Part shown: positions 27,193-41,029 of the stretch, in pieces | Numbering within the stretch: position 1 is the stretch's first letter | Layout: each line of letters opens with the position of its first letter | From: Octopus bimaculoides | Taxonomy: Eukaryota | Direction: 5' to 3' | Assembly: GCF_001194135.2 (NCBI RefSeq) | Contig: NC_068981.1 | Location: forward strand, 35,735,757-35,799,756 | Length of the DNA stretch: 64,000 nucleotides | The notes under the pieces: model-generated | Told to the model about the DNA's origin: nothing | Seen by the model: only the letters and a program-made list of their open reading frames with translations | Databases searched by the model: none | Position numbers and translations under genes: made by a program

Positions 27193-27390
27193 CATGATAG
27201 ATCGCTAACCACTACACACATATTTTTTCTCTGCTTGTTTCTCTCGTTTCTTTCTGTGTTCCTTTCTGTGGAAGAGCGTAGGCTCGAAACGTTAAAGACT
27301 TTTTCAATTCCTGAGTGTTATACTAATACATCTGTTTTCTACACCACCTGCCTTCGTCTTTTGTTTTTTTGTGAATTCTCCCCATATATA
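27193..27390 (+). mobile_element. Penelope-like terminal repeat (family H1), copy 2
   Basis: Homologous to 13100-13300. Confidence 0.6.
27262..27297 (+). ncRNA. Minimal type I hammerhead-like motif (core variant CUGUGGA)
   Basis: CTTT | CTGTGGA | A | GAGC-GTAG-GCTC | GAAA | C-GTT | AAAG. Confidence 0.45.
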
Positions 27391-27548
27391 NNNNNNNNNN
27401 NNNNNNNNNNNNNNNNNNNNNNNNNNNNNNNNNNNNNNNNNNNNNNNNNNNNNNNNNNNNNNNNNNNNNNNNNNNNNNNNNNNNNNNNNNNNNNNNNNNN
27501 NNNNNNNNNNNNNNNNNNNNNNNNNNNNNNNNNNNNNNNNNNNNNNNA
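27391..27548. other. Assembly gap (N run) within (TA)n
   Basis: Run of n. Confidence 0.99.
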
Positions 27549-30500
27549 TATATATATATATATACATCATGTAATCATGTGATCAATCAAACTATCAGAT
27601 GTTACTATACATCACTGGTCACAATATTCTTTGCACCATGTTTTAGCTTTCAAATGATGCCATCCAGCTGGTTAGGTGTGCAGGCTAATATTCCCTGTGA
27701 TTGGAAGGCTGTTCCATCACAGGGCTACCAGTTTACAGCTGAGTGGGCTGAAACTCAGTAAAAGAAGTGTTTTGCTCAAGAACACAACATGCTGCTCAGT
27801 CTGGGAATCTAACTAACGATCACTAGATTGTGAGTGCAACACCGTAACCACTAAGCTACGTGCCTTCACACACACATTTATTATTAGATATAAATTGCCT
27901 ATTTGACATAAAGGAAGTTAATTTACTACCCAAATGGTATGAGGTGTTTTTGCTGGAGTCATTACTCTAGATTTATATGCAGCTTCTATCTACTGAATTC
28001 TTTTCATAAAACATTGGCCAACCAAAGGCTATAGCAGAAGACACTTGCCTAAGATGTGGTCCAGTGGGAGCAACCCATACTGTATGAATTTCAGGGAACT
28101 GTTAACTCTGCAGATAATAATTTGTGCAAATGCAGGTCATATGAAGTGTATGTTGGAAGTATGCAGCTATATGGTAAAGAGATGTGGGCTCTATATGCTA
28201 ATGAGATGTGAAAGGCTAATGGCTAAAAGTGACATGGGCTCATAGTGGAATGAGCCTGTTGTAGAGGAAAACATGGGGAAATATGCTGAGTCATGATCTG
28301 AAGATCATGGCCATCAGGATAAAGATAATAAAAGATCGATAATCTGTCTGGTAGAACAATCTAACCCATACTAGCATGAGAAAATAAACACTAAAACAAC
28401 AACAACAATGATGATGATGATGCATGTAAATGTGTTTTTCAGTATACGTAAATGTATTTTTGATTACCAGTATGACGTGAAACTTATGCACAAAACTAGA
28501 GCACCATAACGTAAGTTTCTACTTCATCATCATTTCTTTCTTGAATAAAAACTGAAGAATGAAACCTCATTAATTAAATCTCCATATAATCATCGGGCAA
28601 GAAATTTTATTATCCCACTGTGGTCTAGGTTTCAGCAATAAATGATAGGATTTTTACAAATTACTTTCGAAAATTATTCCTGCAAATTACTCTGAAACAG
28701 TATCTTTATGTGAGACGGTTTTTATTGTCCTCCTTCCTCTTAGAGAGCCATGAAGAAGCTGGCTTGAAAGATTTATTATCTGGCTCTGCTCAGTGTGCAC
28801 TGATCCAGTGAAGAAGAAACATTAATAGAAAGACCTCTACTTCTCAGTGCCTATATTACTACTTCCTGTTTACCTTGGGGATTGCTTCATTCTTAAAACT
28901 AGATTTTTCATTTAGGCATGGTGTTTACACAAACTGCTAATGCAGAGATGTTTTAATTGATTTTCAACAGAATATTTAGTAAGATTGATTACATTGTATT
29001 ATTCTGTAATTCTATTTGCAATTTACTCATTTCTTAATGTCCATAGATACACCAGATGTCTTATGGGACTAAGATGGCATCAATTAGTTTTCTTTATTGT
29101 CATCAGTATCATTAAGTAAACTAGACTGAGGGTTATTTGTCACCTTCATCTTATTAATGTCATTTTGTAGAACAACATTACGAAAGAAATTACTGGCTTC
29201 AATCAGCCTTATTGGATCTTTTTTAATTTACTGTCTTATTTGTTGTTTATATTTTTCGAAAGAAACTAAATCCATTTTATTATATTTTTCACCTTCAAAA
29301 TTATAATGTGAAGATATATTTGCAGTCAATAAGTTTAAATTAATCTCAATGATTATAATGCTGCAATAAAGTTATTTGAGGAACAACGATTTATTTCAGC
29401 ATCTAATTTATTCCAAGTTGTTGAGGTTTTGTCAGTTATGTATGCATGTCAGATATAGATTGCGAATATTTTGCTACACACACATTTAACTGCTCCTCTG
29501 ACTATGTAATAATCTTTATATGTTTATTATTTTATGCATTTTATGTCTCACATTACATGCCCAGCAAACTGTATCTTTAAGTGGCTTGAGAACCCTGGTG
29601 TAACTGTTTGCAACTGATTGAAAACAAGGAATAGTTTTCATTTAAAGTCTTTTCTAATCTTAAACTTTTAAGTAAATGAAATAAATTCCAATCAAGCTAA
29701 AAGCTATGAAAAGCATCAGCTGCCACCCTTAGGACTTCATAATGGAAACCCATCAGGGCATTCAACCAACCCCCAATTGTGATTGAACATCATCAATCTA
29801 CATGTCATTGACAGATTTTAAGAATGACTCACTGCATTATTACTGGACAAGGAACATGTGCCACCTTGAGTCAGTGGCCAGCATCACAGTCATGCTCAGA
29901 TAAATATTGTATTTTATTAATTAACTAATTATTGCTAAACTGAGTATTTGTACACTGCAGACAAACTGGAGTTTGCAGCGCTGAAAATATTAACAAAGTA
30001 TCTGCAGTTTGTTAATAAACACAGTACAACTATAATAACATATGCTGCTATATTTTGCTTTCTCTAATGGACTCAGGACTGTTAAAACAAGTATTCTAGC
30101 AGTGAACTAACAAGATTGCTATTTTTCTTTTTATCACTGAAATAAAAACTAATAAACTAACCAGAAAGTTTATTGATCAACTGTTAAAGGGGTTTATTAG
30201 AATTTAATGAAAACGGTTTTGTTATTTATTTCTGTGTTAAAGTTGGAGTTGTTAATATAAGAATTTACAAAAAGAAATTCAAGTTACATAATTTTAATTT
30301 AGTAAAATATGAACAATTCCTTTTCACAAATGAAAGTAAATATCACAGAAATGAAAAATTCTTGTTTTGTGTATTCTTGAAAAGAATTGTAAAATTCCAT
30401 TCTTGTTAGAATGAATATCTAATGAACTTCATTTCATAGTACTGATTAAGGTTGACAAATTCTGGATGAATAAGAAAAATTGAAATTGATGGGATTATGC

Positions 30501-30869
30501 TTTTAGTCCTTTATTGGCTTCTGTCTTTGAACATAATCTTCAAAGGCTTAACCATCTTAATACCAACCCACCTGAAACCACCGCCAATTCTGTGATTCAC
30601 ACTTTCTATTTTAAAGTGGTCTAAATAAAAATCTGCCATAAAAATTTCATGTTAATTTATGTTCCAGGTACAAGCTTAGTAATTTTAAAGTTATTTTACT
30701 AATTCTTCATTATTTTCAAAATCAATTGAAACAAAGGCAAAGTGTCTCAACAGATATATGATACCAAAAGAGTTAAGTGATTATATTAAACTTAAGAGTA
30801 AGTTTGAAATTTATTTTGTATCGATCTCTACTTCATGTCTAAGTCACTCCTCAAATATTGGTAAGAAAT

Positions 30870-30995
30870 TTTGGCACAAGGTCAGCAATTTCAAAGGCGG
30901 GCATAAATCAATTACATCGATCCCAGTGCTCCAATGGTACATATTTTATCAACTCAGAAAGATGAAGTGCAAAGTCAACTTCAGCAGATTTTGAA
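30870..30995 (-). mobile_element. SINE family B fragment
   Basis: aaattttggcacaaggtcagcaattt...aagtcaactt, reverse-homologous to 62860-62970 and shared with 40745-40880. Confidence 0.6.
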
Positions 30996-33900
30996 AAAAG
31001 AACATAAAAATGGATGAAATGCTGCTAAGCATTTTACCTGGCAAGCTAACAATTCTGCCAGCTTGCGACCTTTGACTTCCCAAATATTAAAAGGTGTTTT
31101 TGCTGAAGGCACTGATTTACATCGGTACACAGTTTCCATCTAAAAAATTTAACTCCTAAGCATTGGTCAACTCAAGGCCATTGTAGAAGACACTTGACAA
31201 ATGTGTAGAGCAGTGGAATCAAACATATGGTTACAAGGCAAACTTCTCACAGTCATAGCAATTGTATGATGATAACCAGTCAAACTCTAACTGAAAGAAA
31301 TTGAAGTTCTAATGAAATCATTTGAAATAGCCATACTTTATGCTCTCTTCACTTGAAAAGCAGTGTTCACACCCATAAAAGTAACATATATTAGGAATTC
31401 TTCTGACAGTTTTGAAATTGAAGATATTTATTTTAAAGGCTTGACTGATAACAGAACAAGAACAGCATTTACTTTCATCCAAAAATGAGAAAACAGTACA
31501 TTTCCTCCTAAAATACTGTCATTTTCATTCTTGTCTGAAGAATGGCATCTCACCTGTACTTGTATTAGTTCATTCTATTTTATATTTTTGTAATGGTATA
31601 TATTGATGCTGAGTATTTGGCATTTGTAATAAATGTAGGATTATATTTGCCTAAAAGTTTGTCATACTTATTTGGGTAAAAATTTAAAACTTACATCAAT
31701 ATCTGAAGATTCGTAGACAAGCAGCTTCTCTTGAATAATGTTCATTAACAAGAATTTAGTATTTTTTCTTATTGTTAAAAATTTTAAAGATATTCATCAT
31801 TCATCAATGTATATTGCCTCCAATGATAATACATTACTTTCATTATTGAAATAAGAAAAATGAGAGAGAGAGAGAGAGAGGGGGGGGGGAGAAAACAGAC
31901 AGAAATTCTTCACAACAATTTTCAGTTGTCATCAATATAAACTTCACTAAACCAATTTTACCACCAGCAGCTATATGTACTTCTTTACTCAACATTTTTA
32001 TTATTATTGATGATATATCTCACTGAATAATTGAGAAGGGAGATAAGTGGTAAGACACTGCTTAGCGTATTGTATATGAACTATACACACACGTGCACAC
32101 ACACACACACACACACATATATATACATACATACACACACGCACATATGTGTGAGTGTGTGTATATGTATGTGTGTGTGTGTGTGTTTGTGTGTGAGTGT
32201 GTGTATGTATCTGTGTCTTCACAAATCTCTATTTAATGGACTATATTTTTAGAGAAAGCAAAGAAAAAGACATTTTATATGAGAATAGGTAGCAATATTT
32301 CATTTCTTTAAAGATGAATTGAATAAATCATGTTTTTGAGATAATGTGTTATTAGATATCAATGCAAATTTCTGTCTAAATGTATTGATATGTCTTCTTT
32401 AAATCAAACTGTTTCATTAACCAATAACAATAAAATAAGATAGAATCAAAAATGAAACCATAAATTCACTGAATCCTGAAAAAGTAATAGTAAATATCAT
32501 AATAAATCAATTTATGATATTTTTAATTTATTTATTATTTATTTCCAGTTATAATAGCCAGTTTTTGGTCCTAATATGATTATTTAGCCTTAACTGAGTC
32601 CATCACCATTTGAAAATAATTCTATTTTATGAGAAAAATACTAAAGAAATATTTTCTTGGATTTTTGCTTCTGTAAAAGTATGTTATGAGAATAAAACAA
32701 ACTGAAGGCATTTCGGAGACAGACAAATTGAAGAAACAACAACAGCAGCAGCAGCAGCAAACAATAAGAAACTCAAAGGTAAAAATGAGTAGTAATTCAA
32801 AATAATGTTTTATCATAGCATCACACATTGAAAATTATGTTCTGTAATCTCTTCAGGGTCTTAAATTAGCATGCATATGTCTATGAGGAAATTACAATGG
32901 TACCTGGAAAACTGGTGAAAATGAAGTTAAAAACAAAAGGGGAAAAATAGATGTGAAACTAAAATAATGAGTCAGTTATGTCTTATAATTATGTTGTAAA
33001 CTTCCACAGTATTCTTTATCCTTGGCACTATCATCTTCTTTCTCATTACTTTAATTCTATATCATTTCAATTGCGGAGATGATTAAAGAACACTGAATGA
33101 GCCAAAGAATTCGAAGGATGCAAAATATGTCGGTAATTGTCACTCTGATTATTTCTATTTTTTCTTTCATTTTTTTTTCTCACCACTGAATAAGAAATCT
33201 ATTCTTTCATTGGGAAATGGTAATGTGTAGGTAATAAAACCTGGCTCATATTTTGTTCTATTTAGAGATGGGAAAATGTGGAAAATTTCCCAAGGATTTG
33301 TCTACATTCCTTTTTGTTTAATACAATCTTTGTTTTGAAGAAAATTAGTTATCATTATATAAATATTGTGAAGAAGAATGTGTGTCAGCTGTAGTTTAGC
33401 ATTAAGCAGATAAAACTGGAAGGGCTGGGTATATTTCTAATCAAATTTCTCCCAGACGGAAGACACCAGTTAAAACATGTGCTTTGTTTTTCTAATTTTC
33501 TCCCAATCACTGACTCATTTCAAGACACTATAATCAAGTAATGAGGATCGTTCCCCACCCAAAAATAAAGAATTTTATAGATTCCTGATTAAAAAGAGAA
33601 ATAAAACAAAACAAAAAGGAAAAGGTTTTAAAAGTAGATAAAATAAAAACAATGAGGTAATAGCATGAACTGCAAATAAAATCAAAGAATTTAGGAAAGG
33701 AAATGTGATGAAATTAGGAGTCAGTCTGGGAAAATGTCTGAAGGTGGTAGTGATGGCGATAATGGTGATGGTAGGGAATTAAAGAGACAAAGATAAGGGA
33801 AATTTAGCTGAAGAAAGTTTTAGCAAAATTGGTTTTGAGGACATGAAAGCACTACAGTAATATAATTCTATTATTGGAGATGTTTTTACTGATGTCATTG

Positions 33901-34542
33901 GAAATGGAGGTGTAAAGAGGTCTTTGCACTCCCAAAGTATTGCAGAATTAATGTAAATTACATCAGTGTTCTGCAAATTCACGAACATATGGCACCATTC
34001 ACATCTTGACTATAACAATATGGAGTTCTCCACTAGATGCGAAGTATAAAGAAATAATTTCTTTTATTTTTCAACTGGATATGCCTTTTAGCTTCCTTAC
34101 AATTTGGTGTCTATTTCTGCTTGGAAATAAATCTAGTGCCACTCTTATGCTATTATTACTTATTTTATCAAATTCAGAAGAATGGAAGCTGATACTTAAC
34201 CGAGTGTGAACTTATATCAGAAATACTTTTTAGTTCAGCACTTTACTCCTGTGTTAAAACTATCACACCCTAATCATACTCTCATCATTCTTATCACCCT
34301 TACATAGCATCTGTTTTTTTCTTCTTTTACAAGTTCTGAAAAGGCTAGAAATATTTGAATTGAAATGTACCGTCAATCTTTCCTTTCTAGTGCAATTCCA
34401 TTTGTTTATGGTCTAACCTAATTGCTTTGTATCAACTTTTTTTTTGCTGATTTTTCTCTTATCTACTACATGGCTTGCAACTTAGTTTAACTGCACCATT
34501 CATCTCACATAAATTATTGATAGACATTTATCTATCAATAAG

Positions 34543-34970
34543 CACTGGTATGACTGTGTGATAAGAAGTTTGTTTCCCAACTACATATTTGTGGGTTCAG
34601 TCCCATTGTGTGGCACCTTGGACAAGTGTCTTCTACTATAGCCCTGCAATGGCCAAAGCCTTGTGAGTGGATTTTGTGGCTGGAAACTGAAAAAGTCCAC
34701 TGTATATTTAAATGTATATGTATGTCTGTATACATGTGTTACTGTCTTCTTGCCTTGACATCACATGATAACTGTAGGCAAATGACACCATCATGCAATC
34801 AGTGCCTTTTTCTCTGACCTATTGCATAAACATGTCTTGTTATGGGGAAATATTAAATACTTGGAAACAGGTGACAAGAAGAACATAATGCTGTAGAAAA
34901 TCTGCCTCAGTAAATTCCATTTGACCCATGAAAGCATGGAAAATTGGATGTCAAAACAATGATGATGACG
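34543..34970 (+). mobile_element. tRNA-head SINE (family A), near full length
   Basis: gtgggttcagtcccattgtgtggcaccttggacaagtgtcttctactatagcc...ccttgtgagtggattt; tail gacccatgaaagcatggaaaattggatgtcaaaacaatgatgatg. Confidence 0.8.
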
Positions 34971-35959
34971 AAAATTTATAGTTTTATAAAAATGGAAACA
35001 AGGAGATATAATCCTCTTCAGCATCCTTTCTTTAGAACATGTATTTGACAAAAATGTGAGGAAAATATAGTTAATTATTTCAAACCCAATCACTATCCTG
35101 TAACCTTGGGCAAATGTAAGACAAATTTTATTTTCATCTGGAACTTCTATTAAGAATTGTGAAGGATGAAAATATTAGCTTTCAGCAAGCTGTTGCAGTT
35201 CTATCTTCATCTTCTCTTGTGACTTTGTAATATTATTAATAATAAATAATATTAATAACAAAGGGTCGGTTGGCAAAGAAATGCCATTTTGTTTTTTAAA
35301 ATTTTCCCATCTACATTTTTTATGTAACTGTTAGATCTAAAACTTCAAGCTATTCAATTTGTACTGAAGGAAAGTTTGCTTTCATATAGTGACTTATTTC
35401 AGTATTTGGGACAATTTCTTATATTAACTGCTCATTTTCTTCATCTTATACTTTTAGTTGTATGTTTTCATTTGTGCTGCTTTGCAGCCATTGTAGTATT
35501 TAGTTGTGTCACATAATTATGTGTGGTGACCATTTTGGACATGAAAATGCAATGTGTGCAAATAAAATTTTAAAAGATTGTGAAACATATGATATTTTCT
35601 GTTGTCTATCCATTTCCTGAATATAAATACAACTAAAAGTCCTTTCTTAGAAAATTATAGTTCCTTTTATGAGCACTCCAAGGAAATTTCATTTGGTAAT
35701 GCTTGAACAAAATAGGTTTTGAAAGGTGAAGCAAAAACAGCATTTTCACACAGCTAGAGCAGAATATTAATAATGATAATAATAATGATATAGAAGATAT
35801 ATTTATACTTGTATGAAGAATGAATTTATAATTATTTCCTATGCAAAGATTATAAAGTAAATTAATGTTTTTATTTTTGTGAATATTCTTGAAATGATTG
35901 AGAGTTTTTCAATGGTTTACAATATTTCTGGCAAATATTCTGGGATGGTGACAGCTGGA

Positions 35960-35991
<32 letters not shown>

Positions 35992-36309
35992 CAAATCAAA
36001 ATAGATAGATAGGCTATGCTAAAGACATATTTCACCCCTGCCAATATAGGAAAGCAGACAGAGTGAAAAAAAAAACAAACCCAAAAAACAAAAAAACAAA
36101 AAAACAAAAACAAAGTATGATAAAAATTAAAGAAAAGGAAAAAAAAAACTGGTTTGCCTGCTGTTGTTAACACTCATGACGATGAAGTTGATAGTGATGA
36201 TCACAATGATTTTGTAGTGACTATTCCTAAAACCTCTTTGTAAATGGCATTGAAAGTGACAGGTTTAAAACTGTTTTTATTATTATTTTTGTTGTTATTG
36301 TTACTGCTG

Positions 36310-36363
<54 letters not shown>

Positions 36364-37546
36364 TTTTATTCAAATTTGATCTCCTGAGAAATTTTATTCA
36401 TATCATGTGTTGGCCTAATGTCAAACTAGATAAAGGAAGCTACTGAAAGATCCTTCATTTATCAGACTTAGAAATTATACTAGATTCATAATTTGAGTGT
36501 GTGTTTACAAGTATGTAAGTATGTGTATGTGTGTGTGCGAGTGACTATGAGTGTGTGTGTGTGTGTGTACATATGTGTGTGTGCTTGTATGTGTGTGAGC
36601 ATATGAACTGATTTAAATAGTCTGTATGCAAATGTTTCATTTGGAAATAAGATGACGGTTGAGAATCAGATGCTAACGTGACTATTATGTGTGTGTGTGC
36701 ATGTGTATGTGTGTGCGCGCACACACACATACGTGCACACACGTATGTACACACACACATATACACACACATAAAACATGTACATAAATACAAATGTATG
36801 CACATTTATATGCATGTATGCCTAAATATAATTTTTTGCATATATACATGTAATTTTTACATGTGTAATTATATATCACTACTTAATTAAACAAATGAGA
36901 GCTACAAGAAATAATTCAGAGTGGCCAGCAGCATGTAGTTGAATAACACAGACAAATACAGGTATTTCAAAAGATTTTTGATCTATTAAAATTATCTCCA
37001 CCTCAAGAGAGTGTGCCACCATTACCAAATAGTGAAACAGTTTCATTACTCCCTGTCATTTGTCATGAACTCAAAGTCATCGTAAATGGTAGGCTCTTGA
37101 ATCTCTGATTTGTCATGGCAATTCACATTTGTAAATTCAAGAAAATTGTATCCTAAATATTAGGCTTCCTCTCCAGTACCAGCAAATACTGAACACTTAT
37201 TTAGTTGCTGATATTTTACAAAGCTTAACTACAGCCCATTTTGGAATACTGCACACATATCTCAGATAATGCTCCTATTATGCATGCATACACATCCTTA
37301 ACTGTATTCAAAGTAAGGCCATCAACCTGTTTGATAAAGATCAAAATGCTGCAAATACATCATTATGATATGATGTTTCCTCTCTCTCTCTCTCTGTACC
37401 ACTTCTATTTCTTCAATGGCTTCTGCTTCCTTGAACAAGCTACTTGCCTATTGACTCCACATCTTACCACCTAGCTCATCTTATATTCTCTTGTAACCCC
37501 CTTCTCTGGTTCATATTCAAGGAATTGCATTAAACACCTTGTCCTA

Positions 37547-37606
37547 ACCTGTTTTCAGAACTGGAGTGATTTCCAGTGAGAAATCAGTCCAGTTCTGGAA
37601 ACAGGT
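37547..37606. other. Isolated 60-nt hairpin (27-bp stem, 6-nt loop)
   Basis: acctgttttcagaactggagtgatttc-cagtga-gaaatcagtccagttctggaaacaggt; 25 of 27 positions are Watson-Crick complementary. Confidence 0.9.
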
Positions 37607-39824
37607 ACCAATGATTTTTATCAACTTAAACAAAAACTGTATCAATTTCAGTAATTAGGAAGGCCTACAATAGTTATTGTAACAGTTACATTTCTTCTTG
37701 ATTCCAGAAAGCCCTATGAAAATGTAAAACACCTAAGAGTCCAAAAATCTCCCACGGTTGTAAAACAAACTCAGTAAGTTATGTAACTAGGAAAGTATTC
37801 AACTTATACCCTACAGTGACATGTAACTGTATCCCACTAAAATGAAGCATTAAGAAGAAATGGTTTCTGAGAAAATCTAGAATATACGAAACTGCTTTAA
37901 CTGAACTTTGAAATATTAATTGTAAACTTTTTCTTAGCAGTGGTAGAATAAAATTTGAGACTATCTAGTCAATGATCTGTGATGCTGTATTAGTATGTGG
38001 ATATTTTGGAGAGATAATGCATTATTAGATCCCATTTGTCTACAGAGGCATTGTATCCACAATTTTCCAACCCAAATTTCTTGTCTCATAGTACCTATAT
38101 TCCTTTTTGTACTGACATAAGTATTCACACACACACACACACACAAAGATGTGTGATGCCTTTGTCATATTTTAATTGTATTCTTTGTAAGTCCCATGGA
38201 ATTCCTCATTCTATGGTTGCTGTTATACTTGCTCTGTATTCTATCTTAGAGAGGAAGCAGCCTTTAAAACAACAATTTTGGATGTTTCTGTCAGTGCAAG
38301 CTGGATTGTGGGGAAAAGGATAACTGGATGCATTTCTTAGATTATGATGTGGGATTTGGTAAGTAATTCTTTTCAGGCAACAATAACTGACCTCAACATT
38401 ATTCATGTTGAAGAGCTTGTGAGACTGATATGGTTGTTGGGAAATGTCTATTTCTGGCTATATTGAGGATTAATTTGATGCTGTAACTTCCACGGACCTA
38501 CAATATATATTTGTGTTGTATTTGGTGTGGTATATTATATTTCTAAGTACAACTTCTGGAAATACATTTTTGTCTTAATTTTCTAGGTTTCAGTAAAATA
38601 AGTACCATTAATAAACTGCTATCTTTTTATTTGCTTTAGCTTGCTTATTTTTTTAGTGGGAGATCTTGTTGTTATGACATTGATAAAACTATTAATGTAA
38701 AACATATAGCTGGTGTGACTGCTTTCGCTGTTTTTATTGTTGCTGTGCTACTTGTGATACAACAAGTTGGTGTTGCTATATATTATACTTAAATATGAAG
38801 TAATTTTATCCACACCATTCACTGCCCAGAGGCAGTGATATAGCTAGTTATGGCATAGCAGAAACAGTAACAGCAGACACATCTTAAAACAGTAGCAATA
38901 ATAACAACAACATAGATATTATTATGGCTTCTCTTCTCTCAGCGATAAAGAGAAAATGAATTTGCTTTTAAGCTGCCTCATTTAATTCCATCATTTGAAG
39001 TAAAACGAAGTCCAACCATATTTTTATTATTGTGTTTTCTTCTTTCTCCTCGTTTTCTTCATTTTCTTTATGACTGTGTATGTGTGTGAGTATTCATCTG
39101 TCTGTTCGTGAATGTTTCACTATGTGCATTATTGTATATGGAAGTTGAACATCTCAAATTTCTTCTGAACATTATATTTCCTATTAATAACATAGAAGTT
39201 GCCTAATACATTTACTAATTTATCATCAAACCAAGCTGCAGATTAGATTTAATCCAACCTTACTTTGCTTTTGATATTATATTTCTATACATACATACAC
39301 ACATATACAGGGTACATGCGTGTGCATGCATACACACACACATACACACATTTTTCTTTCTTAAAGTATTCCATCAAGATGCATAACTTTTACTAGCTCA
39401 GCCCACTTAGCTCAAACTAAAAAGAGAAATAAAATTGTTACTGCCTCCAGGTGTGTCAAAAGTTAATTAAAAAAAGAAGAGATATTTTATTATTTAGTCT
39501 TGAGAAGTGGGACAGTGCATTTAGCCTTGGTTGCAGGCTTCTCAGACTTAGGGTGTCAGTGCAGTTGATGTTCATTATAAACTTCAGTTAGTTGATGGTA
39601 TCTTATTTGGTGTGGTGATGCAAGGAAGAAAGGATCAAGTGAAGGAGTTCCAGAAGGCTTCAGTTTTGAGAAAGAAGTATTAGATGACAAAGTTACTACA
39701 GGGTTTGGAAAGTGGAACATAGGTAAAAAGCACAATAACGAGATAGAATTATCAAATAAATTTGAATCAGAGTAGAACACAGATTTTGCAGTTTAGAGAA
39801 GCTGAAGCTAGCAGGAGAGAGAGA

Positions 39825-39825
39825 A

Positions 39826-39866
<41 letters not shown>

Positions 39867-39879
39867 GCAAGAGAGGAGA

Positions 39880-39912
<33 letters not shown>
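39825..39912. repeat. (GATA)n plus (GA)n microsatellite
   Basis: Directly visible. Confidence 0.9.
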
Positions 39913-39917
<5 letters not shown>

Positions 39918-40744
39918 GTGCTATGTGGTTGCTATTGAAAGTTTATCAGGGTTGTGTGACATAGCATTCAATTTCTTTTAACTTATGTTCAGTATGTAAC
40001 TTTATGAAACATGCCATTGGCTGCAGGTTCCCAACTGACCAATCACTGGTTCACTGTATTTCTGATGTTGAAAGCGATATAGGACTGCCTAACTCACTGC
40101 AGAATAAATATTTTAGAGTCTTCATTTGTGAAGTACTAGTATTTTGAGTTTTCTTGTCAATGTTTATATGAAAAACTGATACATGTTCTGGAAAAATATA
40201 TGTCCATGCATGCACGTATATGACTGGAGCTTCTGCATAGTTTTCATTTACCAAATTTAGCTATCTGAAGCTACGGTAAAAGATATAGGGTCATGGTGTT
40301 ATGTAGTTGGATAGAACTCAGAACCACAGTGATGTAAAGTAAACTCTTTAACCATGCAGACATGGTTGTGAACACATATGCCTTTTTCTGGCTTTATTGT
40401 GTTAAGCTGACAATTGATGAAACCTTATTCTGTGGTTAAGACTTTGACAGAATATTATAGGTAACATTTTCAAAAGATCTGGTAAGTTATTCCTGAAAAG
40501 TTAAGTCAAAAGATATTGAGAAGAATTTTATTAAGTAAAATATCTCACCACTCAAACACATGTACACATACATACTTGCATATACAATCTTATCTGCTGC
40601 AACTTTGAATTCAAGACCTATGAACTTGTACACAGTTACGATTTCTACTTTAATTTCTCAGCATTTTCAAGACATAAATTTAACATTGTAAGTAATGGTT
40701 AGTATGATACAACTAATATGTACTTTATCAGTATGAAATATTGA

Positions 40745-40880
40745 TTTCAAATTTTGGCACAAGGTCAGCAATTCCGAAGGAAGGCATAAGTCAATTACAT
40801 TGACCCCAGTGTTCAACTGATACTTATTTTATTGACCTCAAAAGGATGGAAGGCAAAGCTAACCCAGGTGGCATTTGATC
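40745..40880 (-). mobile_element. SINE family B fragment
   Basis: aaattttggcacaagg...tgaccccagt...aaaaggatggaaggcaaag, reverse-homologous to 62772-62983. Confidence 0.65.
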
Positions 40881-40994
40881 AGCATGAAATATTGAAATAA
40901 AAAATCTTCTCTTGAGTTTAGTAGAGTGAAGTGGAGAGAGAGAGAGAGGTGGGGAGAGAAAGAGAGAGAGAGAGGGAGAGAGAGAGAGAGAGAG

Positions 40995-41029
<35 letters not shown>

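Noticed and set aside
29825-29873. Two AP-1-like sites (TGACTCA, TGAGTCA) 42 bp apart in a repeat-poor stretch
   Set aside because: This 7-mer occurs several times in the window by chance, and there is no independent support for an enhancer.
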